A stretch of 64,000 bases of DNA from Planctomycetota bacterium. GTDB lineage: Bacteria > Planctomycetota > UBA1135 > UBA2386. The stretch covers positions 384,001 to 448,000 of the forward strand of contig JBKAGP010000001.1 of NCBI GenBank assembly GCA_046290465.1, read 5' to 3'. This document shows, piece by piece, positions 1 to 10,400 of this stretch. Position numbers and translations under genes: made by a program. The notes beneath the pieces were generated by a model. That model was not told the DNA's origin. It made no database searches and saw only the letters and a program-made list of their open reading frames with translations. Numbering within the stretch: the first letter of the stretch is position 1; the number at the start of each line of letters is the position of its first letter.

Positions 1-1
1 C

Positions 2-1756
2 GTGCGGCGAGATCACGATCGGCGTCATCCAGTTGAACCGCAGCGGCTGCTCGCCCTTGCGGGCGCGCGGCTTGATCGAACGGCGCGCGCCGGTGCGCAG
101 GTTCGAGCGCAGCATGCCGCCGAACTGCGACTCCGAGTAGACGATGTCGGGGTCGGTCGGGTCGGGCACCGAGTAGAAGCCGTCCCCGCCCGAGACCTTG
201 ATCGCGTCCTGCGCCTCGAGGCCGGCCGACGTCTCCCCGTGGATCGGGAAGCCCCAGGTGCCGTTGTCCTGCAGGCCGCCGTAGACCTTGTAGGGCACGC
301 CCTGGTCGACACCGATCGCGTAGAACTGCAGGATCGGCAGGTGGGTCAGGTGATCCCACGTGCTGCCCTGGTCGAACGTCACGGCGATGCCGCCGTCGTT
401 GCCGAGCAGGCAGTGCTGGCTGTCGTCCGGGTCGATCCACAGCGCGTGGTGGTCGACGTGCAGGCCGTCGCCGAACGAGCGGGGGCCGCCGCGGCGGCGG
501 CCGCCCGGCGTCCAGGTCGCGCCGCCGTCCTTGCTCTGGTAGACCGGCACCGACAGCACCCACAGCGTGTCGGCGTCGTTGGGATCGATGCGGACCTGGC
601 CGTAGTAGTAGCCGGGGCTGCCGCCGACCGAGGTGGCGTCCTTGTGGGTCTTGCTCCACGAGTCGCCGCCGTCGTCGCTGCGGTAGACCTCGCCGCCGAC
701 CAGCCGCTGGCGCGAACGGCGGCGCGGGTCCTGCGCCTCCTCCGGGCCGTCTAGCCACTCCTGGCGCGCGACCGGATCGGCGAGGATCTCGGCGGCGGGC
801 ACCTCGTCATGCTCGCCGCCGGAGCCACCGCCGGCCGCGGCATCGCGCGGGCGGCTGCTGCGCGGTGCGTCGCCGCTCGGCTCGCTGGCCGGCCGCCGCG
901 TGCGCGCGCGCGGGTTCAGGTTCTCGATCGATGCGTAGACGACGTCGCCGTCGCGCAGGAAGCAGTCGAGGCCGATGCGGCCGAGCTTGCCGTCGGGCAG
1001 GCCGTTGCCAAGCTGCTTCCAGGTCTTGCCGGCGTCGGTCGAGCGGTAGATGCGCGAGCCCTGGCCGCCCTCCTCGAAGTTCCACGCGCGGCGGCGCCGC
1101 TCGTAGGACGCGGCGAACACGACGTTGGGCTTCTGCGGGTGCAGCACCACGTCGACGACGCCGACGTTCTCGTCGACGTGCAGCACGCGGTCCCAGTTCT
1201 TGCCGCCGTCGGTCGACTTGTAGAGGCCGCGTTCGTCGTTGGGCGAGTAGAGCGCGCCGAGCGCGGCGACGTAGACGGTGTCGGGGTCGTCCGGGTGCAC
1301 GACGATGCGGCCGATGTGGTCGGTGCCGTCGAGGCCGACCCAGCGCCAGCTCTTGCCGGAGTCGTCCGAGCGGTAGACGCCGTCGCCCCAGTACGAACTG
1401 CGCTGGTTGTTGGCCTCGCCGGTGCCGACGTAGAGCACCTTTGGATCGCTCGGGGCGACCGCGATGTCGCCGATCGAGATCGAGTAGGCGTTCTGCAGCT
1501 GCGGCTCGAACGAGATGCCGTTGTTGGTCGTGTGCCAGACGCCGCCGCTCGCCGACGCCAGCCAGTATTCCTGCGGGCGGTCGGGGTTGACGGCGATGTC
1601 GACGATGCGGCCGCCGCTCTGCACGGGGCCGAGCTCCCGCCACGGCATCTGCTGCAGCACGTTGCTGCGCAGGTGCTGCTGGTCGGTGGTCTGGGCGGTC
1701 GCGAGTCCGGCCAGGAGGGCCGCCGCGAACGGAACGAGATGCTTGCTCTGGTTCAT
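2..1756 (-). CDS. VPS10/sortilin-like BNR (Asp-box) beta-propeller protein, secreted; 3' end runs off the window
   Basis: Absent from the ORF track because there is no stop in the window. My translation from ATG 1756: MNQSKHLVPFAAALLAGLATAQ (signal peptide), WRELGPVQSGGRIVDIAV, YVGTGEANNQRSSYWGDGVYRSDDSGKSW, several SxDGGxxW Asp-boxes, YGGLQDNGTW, GGDGF, RFNWMTP. Starts 11 nt after the upstream paralog's stop, with GAGGA SD. Confidence 0.9.
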   Translation of the reverse strand, partial: MNQSKHLVPFAAALLAGLATAQTTDQQHLRSNVLQQMPWRELGPVQSGGRIVDIAVNPDRPQEYWLASASGGVWHTTNNGISFEPQLQNAYSISIGDIAVAPSDPKVLYVGTGEANNQRSSYWGDGVYRSDDSGKSWRWVGLDGTDHIGRIVVHPDDPDTVYVAALGALYSPNDERGLYKSTDGGKNWDRVLHVDENVGVVDVVLHPQKPNVVFAASYERRRRAWNFEEGGQGSRIYRSTDAGKTWKQLGNGLPDGKLGRIGLDCFLRDGDVVYASIENLNPRARTRRPASEPSGDAPRSSRPRDAAAGGGSGGEHDEVPAAEILADPVARQEWLDGPEEAQDPRRRSRQRLVGGEVYRSDDGGDSWSKTHKDATSVGGSPGYYYGQVRIDPNDADTLWVLSVPVYQSKDGGATWTPGGRRRGGPRSFGDGLHVDHHALWIDPDDSQHCLLGNDGGIAVTFDQGSTWDHLTHLPILQFYAIGVDQGVPYKVYGGLQDNGTWGFPIHGETSAGLEAQDAIKVSGGDGFYSVPDPTDPDIVYSESQFGGMLRSNLRTGARRSIKPRARKGEQPLRFNWMTPIVISPH

Positions 1757-1767
1757 CGGTGGATTCC

Positions 1768-4700
1768 TCAGCGGCTCTGGGTGGTGGTGGGGTTGCTGCC
1801 GCGAGCGGGCAGCGTGATCGGGTCGGCGCGCAGCTCGATGGCGCGCGCGTCGACGTCGTCGTGGCCCTTCAGGCGCACGCCGTAGGTGCCGGGCGCGGCG
1901 AGGCGGCGCTCGACCCGGGCGTCCCAGCGGATCGCCTGCAGGCCGCGCACCTTGCGGCCGCGCGCGGTCCCGATCTGCTTGCCGGTTACGTCCTGGATGA
2001 TCAGCTCGGGCCGTTCGGCCGGTTCCTCGCGCAGCCACAGGTAGATGGTCGCGCCGTAGCCCGGGTTGTCGGCCCGGAACTCCTTCTGGCCCTGGAAGCC
2101 GCGGCTGCCCATCCGCCAGAGGTAGGCGGGCTGCACCTCGGCGAGCCACGCGCTCCGCTCGGTAGTGCGCTCGCTCAGCTGGCGCAGGCCTTCGATGTCG
2201 AGCACGAAGATGCCGCGACCGTGGGTCGCGGCGACCAGGTCGCTGTCGCGGTCCTGGATCACCAGTTCGCGGACCGACACGTTGGGCATGCCGTTGGCGA
2301 GGCGCAGCCAGTTGTAGCCGCGGTCGAGCGAGGCCCAGGTGCCGTGCTCGGTGCCGAGGAACAGCAGTTCTTCGTTGCGCGGGTCCTCGGCGAAGCTGTG
2401 GCAGACGGCCCGGCCGGGCAGCGTGTCGGCCATGCTGTAGAACGTCTCGCCGCGGTCGTCACTGACGAACACGTGGGTGCCGAAGTCGTCGCTACGGTGG
2501 CCGTCGAGCGTCACGTAGACGCGGTCGGCCTCGTGGTTGGACGGCACGATGTCGCTGACGTAGAGGCGCTGGTCGACCGGCAGGTTCTGGTCGATGCGTT
2601 GCCACTCGACGCCGCCGTCCTGGCTGCGCCAGAGCGCGCCGTCGTCGGTGCCGACGTAGAGCAGGCCGCGCTGCAGCGGGCTCTCGGCCAGCGCACAGGC
2701 GGTGCCGTCCTCGGTGTCGCCAAGGCGCGGCGAGACGCACTCCATCTGGATCGAGCGCGCGTTGGTCAGCGGGCCCTGGCCGGGCCGCGAACCGCGGTTG
2801 TCCAGGTGGCTGTGCCGGTCGCCGCGGTAGAGGTAGTTGCCGGCGTGGTAGACGACCAGGCGGTTGTGCGGCGACAGGATGAACGGCGCGTCCCAGTTGA
2901 ACCTCGCGCGGCCGCCGTCGGTCGGCCGGCCGCGCTGCATGCGCGCCTGCATGCCGGTGCGGGTGTCGATCAGGCCGGCGTTGCCGTTCTGGCTGGTGGC
3001 GTAGACGATGTGCGGCTCGATCGGGTCGGCCTGCGCGCCGAAGCCGTCGCCGCTCCAGATCTTGAAGCAGTCGTAGGTGGTGATCCCGTCGCGGTAGCGG
3101 GTCTGCGACGGCACCACCCAGGTGCCGTTGTCCTGCAGGCCGCCGATGACGTTGTAGGGCACGCTGTTGTCGGTCGCGCAGTCGTAGTACTGCGCCGCCG
3201 AGAAGCCCTTGTGCAGCTGCCAGCTGCGGCCCTGGTCCCAGGTCTCGTTGATGCCGCCGTCGCAGACGGCGATCACGTGTTCGCTGTCGTCCGGGTCGAC
3301 CCAGATGCCGTGGAAGTCGACGTGGATGCCGCGGTTGATGCCGGCGAACTCCTTGCCGCCGTCGGTCGAGCCCCACAGCGTGGTGCCGACGCAGTAGAGG
3401 TTGTCCGGGTTGCGCGGGTCGACGCGGATCACCGAGTAGTAGAACGGCCGCTCGGTCAGGCTGTTCAGGCGCGTCCAGGTCTCGCCGCGATCGTCGCTGC
3501 GGAACACGCCGCCGGTCTCGTGGCCGCGTTCGCCCTGGCGGCCCTGGCGGTTGGCCTCCTGGCCGAACAGGCGGCCCGAGTACGGACCGTTGGGCTTGCC
3601 GGCGGCGCGCGCGAGGTTGGTCTCGCGGGTGCCGAACGTCAGTTCGACCTCGCGGAGGTCGTCGCCGCGCGCGAACATCAGCTGGATCGTCTGGCCGCCG
3701 CGCGAGTCGCGGATGATCTCGATCAGGTCGGCGTAGGTCGCGACCGGCTCATCGTCGATCGCGGTGATGCGGTCGCCGACCTGCAGGCCGGCCTGCTCGG
3801 CCGCGCCCGCCTCGGTGACCGACACCAGGATCGCGCCGGCGCGGTCGCCCTCGCCGTCCTTGCCCTCGGTGCCGACGCCCATCACGGCGGTGCCGCGCGC
3901 GTTGCGGCGCTGGCGGGTGCCCTGGCGTTCGGCGCGCCCGGCGGGGGCGTCCTTCTGGTCGCCGCTGGCCCAGCCGCTGCGTTCGGTCTCGATGATCGCG
4001 AACATCGTGTCCGGGTTGCTCTGCAGCAGGTCGATGCCGCTGCGGCCCCACGTGCACGAGGGCAGGCCGTCGGTCAGCTGCCGCCAGTTCTCGCCGCCGT
4101 CGATGCTCTTGTAGAGGCCGGTGTGCTTGCCGAAGCGAACGATCGGGTCGTTGCCGTCGAAGCGGTCGCGCTTGCGCTCGTAGAGGCACGCGAACACCGT
4201 CATCGGGTCCCCCGGGTGCACGCGCACGTCGACGCAACCGGTCTTGTCGTCGAGGTACAGCACGCGCTCCCAGTGGGCGCCGCCGTCCTTGCTGCGGAAC
4301 ACGCCCCGCTCCTCGTTGTCGCCCCACAGCCGGCCGAGCGCCGCGACGTAGACGATGTCGGGGTTGGTCGGGTGCACCTCGATGTGGCCGATCTGGAACG
4401 TCTCGCGCAGGCCGACGTGGGTCCAGCTGTCGCCGCCGTCGGTCGACTTGTAGACGCCGTCGCCCCACTGCACCGAGTTGCGCGCCGCCTCCTCGCCGGT
4501 GCCGACGTAGATCACGTCGGGATCGCTGGGCGCGATCGCGACGTCGCCGATCGACACCGTGCCGAACTGGTTGAACACGCACTCCCAGGTGGTGCCGGCG
4601 TTCCTGGTGCGCCAGACGCCGCCGCCGGCGGTGCCGACGAACCAGGTCGACTGGCGCTCGTCGTGCACGGCGATGTCGGTCATGCGACCGCACGGGTTGG

Positions 4701-4830
4701 CCGGGCCGAGGTGGCGCCAGGCGAGGTGTTCGACCGTCGAGCTGTCGAAGATCGGCGGGTTGTCCTGCGCGGGCAGGAGCGAGACGACCGCCAGTGCGGC
4801 GGCGACGACAGAGGGGAGGGATCGCTGCAT
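1768..4830 (-). CDS. VPS10/sortilin-like BNR beta-propeller protein with inserted PDZ domain, secreted (1020 aa)
   Basis: Signal peptide; WRHLGPANPCGRMTDIAV; repeated SxDGGxxW; GGLQDNGTW; LYVGTDDG; AATHGRGIF. Internal HtrA-type PDZ (AVMGVG...GAAEQAGLQVGDRITAID...) at about 3630-3890. Confidence 0.9.
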   Translation of the reverse strand: MQRSLPSVVAAALAVVSLLPAQDNPPIFDSSTVEHLAWRHLGPANPCGRMTDIAVHDERQSTWFVGTAGGGVWRTRNAGTTWECVFNQFGTVSIGDVAIAPSDPDVIYVGTGEEAARNSVQWGDGVYKSTDGGDSWTHVGLRETFQIGHIEVHPTNPDIVYVAALGRLWGDNEERGVFRSKDGGAHWERVLYLDDKTGCVDVRVHPGDPMTVFACLYERKRDRFDGNDPIVRFGKHTGLYKSIDGGENWRQLTDGLPSCTWGRSGIDLLQSNPDTMFAIIETERSGWASGDQKDAPAGRAERQGTRQRRNARGTAVMGVGTEGKDGEGDRAGAILVSVTEAGAAEQAGLQVGDRITAIDDEPVATYADLIEIIRDSRGGQTIQLMFARGDDLREVELTFGTRETNLARAAGKPNGPYSGRLFGQEANRQGRQGERGHETGGVFRSDDRGETWTRLNSLTERPFYYSVIRVDPRNPDNLYCVGTTLWGSTDGGKEFAGINRGIHVDFHGIWVDPDDSEHVIAVCDGGINETWDQGRSWQLHKGFSAAQYYDCATDNSVPYNVIGGLQDNGTWVVPSQTRYRDGITTYDCFKIWSGDGFGAQADPIEPHIVYATSQNGNAGLIDTRTGMQARMQRGRPTDGGRARFNWDAPFILSPHNRLVVYHAGNYLYRGDRHSHLDNRGSRPGQGPLTNARSIQMECVSPRLGDTEDGTACALAESPLQRGLLYVGTDDGALWRSQDGGVEWQRIDQNLPVDQRLYVSDIVPSNHEADRVYVTLDGHRSDDFGTHVFVSDDRGETFYSMADTLPGRAVCHSFAEDPRNEELLFLGTEHGTWASLDRGYNWLRLANGMPNVSVRELVIQDRDSDLVAATHGRGIFVLDIEGLRQLSERTTERSAWLAEVQPAYLWRMGSRGFQGQKEFRADNPGYGATIYLWLREEPAERPELIIQDVTGKQIGTARGRKVRGLQAIRWDARVERRLAAPGTYGVRLKGHDDVDARAIELRADPITLPARGSNPTTTQSR

Positions 4831-4946
4831 GGTCGTCGAAGGGCGACTACGTCAGCAGCTTACGGAACGTGCGTCCGCGCGGATGGCTCCGCCGTCGGAT
4901 CGGTTGTCACGAAGTCGTAGCTCTGGCCCGGGTTGCGGCGCGACGC

Positions 4947-7352
4947 TCAGCGCGGTGCGGTGCGCAGCGTCAGCTCGGTCGTGCCGTTCGGCGCGTAGCG
5001 CACGGTCTGGCGCGCCTGGTGGCCGCCGTCGGTGCCGACCACGACCTCGTAGCTGCCCGCGACCATCCAGGTCTCGAACGTCGCGACGCCGTCGCCGCCG
5101 CCGCCGCGCGCGATCGTGCCGGTCGCCATCCAGCGCACGTCGTCGGCCGCGCGCAGCGCCAGCGTCGCGCGCCGGCCGCCGCCGCGCGGCACCTGCACCA
5201 GGATGCGGCGGTAGATGCCCTGGTGCACCTCGAGGTCGAGCGGCAGGTCGACGCCGGCCTCGATGGTGACCGGCAGCGACGCGCCGGCGATGCCGTTGCC
5301 GCGCACCAGCAGCGTGTGCGTGCCGGGCGCGACGCCGGTGAAGCGGTAGCCGCCGCCGTCGTAGCTGGCCTGCAGTTCGCGGCCGGTGCCCGGCTGCACC
5401 AGCGCCAGCGTGCAGTCGGGCGGAGCGGTGCCGCCCGGGCCGACGACGTTGCCGTAGAGGCCGCCGCCGAGCGCCAGCTGCACGGTGCCGAGGTCGATCG
5501 GCAGGCCGCGCACGGTCTCGAGCGCCCCGGTGACGTGGGCGACGTGGCCCGGATGTTCGATGGTCAGGTCGATGGTGCCGACCGGCGCGCGCGCGATCCG
5601 GAACCGGCCGTCGCTGTCGGCGGTGTAGCGCGCGTACTCACGACGTTCGTAGTGCCAGCAGCCGATCGTCGCCGGCACGCCGGTGGCGGTCGCGTCGAGC
5701 ACGCGCCCGTGCACGCTGGTGTGGCCGTCGGCGTCAACGACCAGCCGGACCGGCCGGTCGACGCGCTGGTCGCGCAGCATCGCGTCGGCGAACGACGTCA
5801 CCTCGCGACCCGGGTCGAACGCGCGCACGTCGAGGCCCTCGCGCAGCGTCACCGGCACCTCGAAGCGTCCCGCCTCGTCGGTGAAGCGCGACACCGGGTC
5901 GTGCCCCTGCTGCCGCACGACCACGCGCCAGCCCGGCAACGGCCGCTGCTGCTGGTCGACGACCACGCCGCTGAGGTCGCGGTCGCCGTCGGCCGCGGCC
6001 AGCTGCACGTCCCAGGTCGCGGCCTCACCGACCCGCAGCGTGCGGCGGCTGCGCGCGCTGCCGAGGTCGTGACGGACGCGCACCGGCAGCGGGCCGGCGC
6101 CGAGATCGTGCAGCAGGTAGCGGCCGTCGGCGTCGGTGCGGGCAGCGGCGAAGGCGAGGCTGCCCCGGCTGCCGGCCGTGACCAGCGCGTCCGCGACCGC
6201 GTCGTCGGTCCCTGCGACGGTGATGCGTCCGGTCAGCGATGCGGCGACCGGTAGCTGGATCCGCAGTTCGTGCACGCGGCCACCGTCGAGTTCGTCGGTG
6301 CCGGTCTGCCAGCCGTGGCCGCGGGCGCGCGCGGCCCAGTGCACGGTGCCGCTGGCGAGCCGGTCGATGCGGAAGCGGCCGCCGTCGTCGCAGCGGGTGC
6401 GGCGCGGCGGGCCGGCGAGTTCGGCGCCGGTCGGAGCACGCTGGGAACTGCGTGCCTCGACCTGCGCGAACGGCACCGGCTGGCCCTGGTCGTCGACGAC
6501 CACGCCCTGCAGTGGCGCGGCCATCGACGCGAGCAGCAGTTCGAAGCTCTGCACCGGCAGGTCGGTCCCGGTCGCCTTGCGCGGCGGCCGCACCAGGTAC
6601 ATCGGCGAGTCGCCATGGTCGCGGTGGCTGGCGCCGATCCGGCCGCCGGCGAACAGCGCGATCTCGAAGCGGCCGCGCGCGTCGGCCCGGCCGATGCGCC
6701 ACAGCCGACCCGGGTCGCGCTCGTCGTGGGACCAGTGCAGCAGCAGCAGGTCGGCGAACGGCACCGCGACGCTGCCGGTCTGCACGACGCTGCCGGCGGC
6801 GACCAGGCGGGCCGGGACCAGCAGCTCGAGGCGCTGCCGCGGCTCGTCGGTGATGGTGGTGCTGCCCGCCCCGCCGAGTCCCGAGCGCAGCTGCACGCGG
6901 CGGCCGACGGCGCCGGCGAGGCGGAACGTCACCTCTCCGGCCGCGTCGGTGCGGCCCGTCGCGCGCACCTCGTCGTCGGCCTCGCTCGTCGCCGGCAGGT
7001 GCAGCGCGACGTCGCAGAACGGCGCGAGTCGCTGCTGTTGCTGGCCGGCCTGCACCCGCAACACGACGTCGAGCACGACCTCGGGGGCCGCCTCGCCGGC
7101 GTCGACGGCGACGCGCACCACGTCGCGTTCGGCGTCGGTCGGCGCAAGCGCGCCGGTGCGCGCACCGGCAGCGGCGCGATCATCGGCAGCGGCGCGATCA
7201 CCTGTAGCCGAGCGGTCCCCGGCTGCCGTGTCGGTCGGCAGGTTGCCTGGCTCGGGCGCCTTGGCCTGCGCGTCGGACGTCGCCCAGACCACCGCCGCGA
7301 TCAAGACGGCGATGGCAACGGCGGACAGGGCGATGCGGCGGGGGTTCGGCAC
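4947..7352 (-). CDS. N-terminally anchored carboxypeptidase-regulatory-like (beta-sandwich) repeat protein (801 aa)
   Basis: N-terminal TM helix, Ala/Asp linker, then repeated G-x-VVD..G.P...A.V / (T)DxxGRF units resembling CarboxypepD_reg repeats. GTG start preceded by TAGAGT. Confidence 0.7.
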   Translation of the reverse strand: MPNPRRIALSAVAIAVLIAAVVWATSDAQAKAPEPGNLPTDTAAGDRSATGDRAAADDRAAAGARTGALAPTDAERDVVRVAVDAGEAAPEVVLDVVLRVQAGQQQQRLAPFCDVALHLPATSEADDEVRATGRTDAAGEVTFRLAGAVGRRVQLRSGLGGAGSTTITDEPRQRLELLVPARLVAAGSVVQTGSVAVPFADLLLLHWSHDERDPGRLWRIGRADARGRFEIALFAGGRIGASHRDHGDSPMYLVRPPRKATGTDLPVQSFELLLASMAAPLQGVVVDDQGQPVPFAQVEARSSQRAPTGAELAGPPRRTRCDDGGRFRIDRLASGTVHWAARARGHGWQTGTDELDGGRVHELRIQLPVAASLTGRITVAGTDDAVADALVTAGSRGSLAFAAARTDADGRYLLHDLGAGPLPVRVRHDLGSARSRRTLRVGEAATWDVQLAAADGDRDLSGVVVDQQQRPLPGWRVVVRQQGHDPVSRFTDEAGRFEVPVTLREGLDVRAFDPGREVTSFADAMLRDQRVDRPVRLVVDADGHTSVHGRVLDATATGVPATIGCWHYERREYARYTADSDGRFRIARAPVGTIDLTIEHPGHVAHVTGALETVRGLPIDLGTVQLALGGGLYGNVVGPGGTAPPDCTLALVQPGTGRELQASYDGGGYRFTGVAPGTHTLLVRGNGIAGASLPVTIEAGVDLPLDLEVHQGIYRRILVQVPRGGGRRATLALRAADDVRWMATGTIARGGGGDGVATFETWMVAGSYEVVVGTDGGHQARQTVRYAPNGTTELTLRTAPR

Positions 7353-7425
7353 GTGATCACTCTACGCCGGCGACGGGGCGGGCGGCTTTTCGTTCCTGGA
7401 ATGGCGGCACCGTCCGCGCGCGCGT

Positions 7426-10400
7426 TCAGATCCGCACCTTGTCGTTCCACAGCTGCAGGAAGCGCTGCTTGAGCGTGCGCTGCGGGAACCGTTCGCTGAT
7501 CGAGCGCACCAGCGAACGCGCCGAGGCCGGCCGATCCAGCCATGCCAACGCGCGCAGGTGCACGGCGAGCGGCAGGTCGGCGTTGTCGAGCAGCGCGTCG
7601 AGCCGCGCCTCGGTGTCGGGGTGCGCGCGGTCGCTGCCGGCCATCGCCAGCAGCAGGTTGGCGTGCAGTTCGGGCAGGTCGAGTTCGTCGATCAGTGCCG
7701 GCAGGCCGTCGTCGGTCGCGCCGAGGCGCAGCAGCTGGCAGCGCGCCGACGCCTCGCCGACGCGGTCGCCGGCGGCGCGCGCCATCGCCAGCGCCTCGTC
7801 GAAGCGCTGCCGCGACTCGTCGTCGCGGCCGCGGAAGAACTGCCGTTCGCCGCGGAACAGCGCCGCGCGCGCCGCGTAGACCGGCAGCGCCAGCTGGCTG
7901 GCCTCCTCGAACGCGAGCCGCAGATCCTGGCCGGCCTCGGGGTCGCCGAGCACCGCGCGCAGCTGGCCGCGGTAGAGGTGGAAGCGCAGCCGCGCGCGCG
8001 GCAGGTGCCGCACCGGGTGCGCCTTCTCGATCGCGTGCAGCGTGCGCAGCGCGGTCGCGAAGCGGCGGGCGAGGCCCTCGGCGCGCGCCAGGTCGATCCA
8101 CAGGTGGCAGCGCAGGTCGTCCTCCTCGGGCGGCACCCGCTTCTTGGCGGCCAGCAGGTGCTTCATGCAGTCGGCGGCCTGGCCGAGGTAGAGCAGGATG
8201 CGGCCGTGCAGGGCGTGGGCCTGTGCCGCCAGCGCGTCGGTGGCCGGCCCGGTCGCGGTGTGCTCGTCGTCGAGGTCGTCGTGCACGGTCTCGAGCAGCG
8301 TGATCGCCGACAGCATGCGGCCGTGGTCGAGCGCGTCGGTGGCCAGGCCGATGCGGGCGGCGGCCGACGCGTCGAGGTCGTGCAGCTGGCGGGCCAGCTT
8401 CTCGGCGTCGCGGAACGTGCGCGCCGCGGTCTGCGACTGGTCGGCGTTCTGCTGCGCCTGCGCGCTCAGCACCAGGAAGCGCAGCCGCAGCCGTTCGATC
8501 CGGTCGGTCGTGGCGACGTGACGGAAGTGCACCGCCAGCCGGCCGACCAGGCGCAGCGCGGTGCGACGCGAGCCGGCGCGCACGCGGTTGTCGAGTGCTT
8601 CGAGCAGCGGCAGCAGGCAGCCCTCGTGGTCGAGCGCCTGCGAACGGTGCATGCCGACCACCAGCGGCGAGGCGCCGCGCGCTTCGAGCACCTGCGCGGC
8701 CGCGGCGTGCAGCCGCTGCTGCTCCTCGTTGGGCAGCGACCGCAGCAAGGCCTGGCGGAAGTCGCGGTGGCGGAACGACACCTCGCCGCCCTGCGAACGC
8801 ACGATGCGGCCGCGGAACAGCGACAGCGTCTCGAGCACCGCCAGCTCGGGCTGCAGGATCAGCGCCGCCAGCTCGGCGAGCGAGCAGCGGTCGCCGAGCA
8901 CGGCGGCGGCCGACAGCACCGCGCGGTGGGCCGGCAGCAGCGACTGCACGCGTTCGCGGAAGCGCTGCACGTGGCGGGGAGCCGGCGCTGGTTCGACGTC
9001 CCGGCCGAGGCCGTGGTAGTCGCCGACGCGACCCTGCAGGTCGCCCTGGTCGACCAGGTGTTCGAGCGCTTCGAGCAGGCTGCCCGGCAGGCCGCTGAGG
9101 ATCTGGTGCGCGCCGCGCAGGTAGTCGTCGACGCCCTGCTCGATCGGGGTGCGGAACAGCGAGCGGCCGAACTGCAGGAACGAACGTTCGTCGAGGCCCT
9201 GCAGCTCGAGCCGCTGCTCGGCGTCGACCAGCGTGGTGTCGGGGCCGGCCGCGAGCAGCACCAGCAACCAGGTCGACGGCGCCGCGGCGGCGAGCTGCTG
9301 CAGCACCAGGGTGCCGCTGGTGTCGAGGTCGTCGGCGTGGTCGACGCGCACGACCAGCGGCTGGCCCTTCTTGGGCAGCGCCAGGAACGCGTTGGCCAGC
9401 CGGTTGGCGCGCACCTCAGACGGTTCGGTGCTGTCGCCGAAAGCCACCGCGACCAGCGCTTCGGCGTCCGGCTCGTTGAGCGCGAACCGCTGCCGCGCGC
9501 GGTCGACGGCGCGCGGCCGGGCGTTGGGCGTGTGGCGGTCGTCGCCGCGCAGCAGCAGGTCGAGCAGCGTGCTGGCGAACGGCTCGCCGTGGCCGAAGCC
9601 GCTGTCGGCGTCGCCGCCGAGGTAGCGCGGCGGCTGGTCGCCGTCGAGCCAGCGCTCCATCGCCTCGTCGAGCAGCCGGCGGCGGCCGGTGCTCTCCGGC
9701 GCGACCACCGCCAGCACCGCGCCGCGGCCGCTGCGCGCCGCCGCGAACGCGTGGTCGAGCTGGGCCGACTCGAGCTTGCGGTCGACGAACGGCGCCTCCG
9801 CCGGCCGCCGCATGCGCATCAGCCGCCGGCTGCTGGCCAGCACCGGGGCGTCGGCCTCGTGCCGTTGCCAGTAGTCCGAACGTTCGCCCTGCTCGAGCAC
9901 CCGCGCCAGTTCCGACGCCGACCGCGGCCGGTCGTCGGGCGCCTTCTGCAGCAGGTCGAGCAGCACCTGTTCGAGCAGCGGCGAGATCCGCGGGCGCAGG
10001 TGCGAGGGCAGCGGCGGCAGCCGGTACAGATGCGCGTGCATCATCTCGTCCGGCGTGGTCGCGTCGGCGAACGGGTGCTGGCCGGTGGTGACCTCGTAGA
10101 GCACCACGCCGAGCGCGTAGAGGTCGCTGCGCGGGCCGGCGGGCGCGCCGCGCAGCGACTCCGGCGACGCGTAGGCGACGCTGCCGGCGAGCCCGAAGCC
10201 GGACGACGACGCCGAGCTGTGGCCCGGCGACGAGCCGCCGCCCTCGGCGCCGAACGGCCGCACCAGGCCGAGGTCGACGATCTTGAGTTCGCTGCCCGGC
10301 GTCAGGATCAGGTTCTCCGGCTTGACGTCGCGATGCACCAGGCCGCGCCGGTGCAGCGCGAACAGCCCGCGCGCCGCGTCGGCGCCGAGCCGGCGGGTCA

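Noticed and set aside
7150..7235. 18-bp-period repeat (AAAGDRSATGDRAAADDRAAAGAR) in the 801-aa protein
   Set aside because: A short degenerate linker expansion in a low-complexity region, with no sign of separate function.
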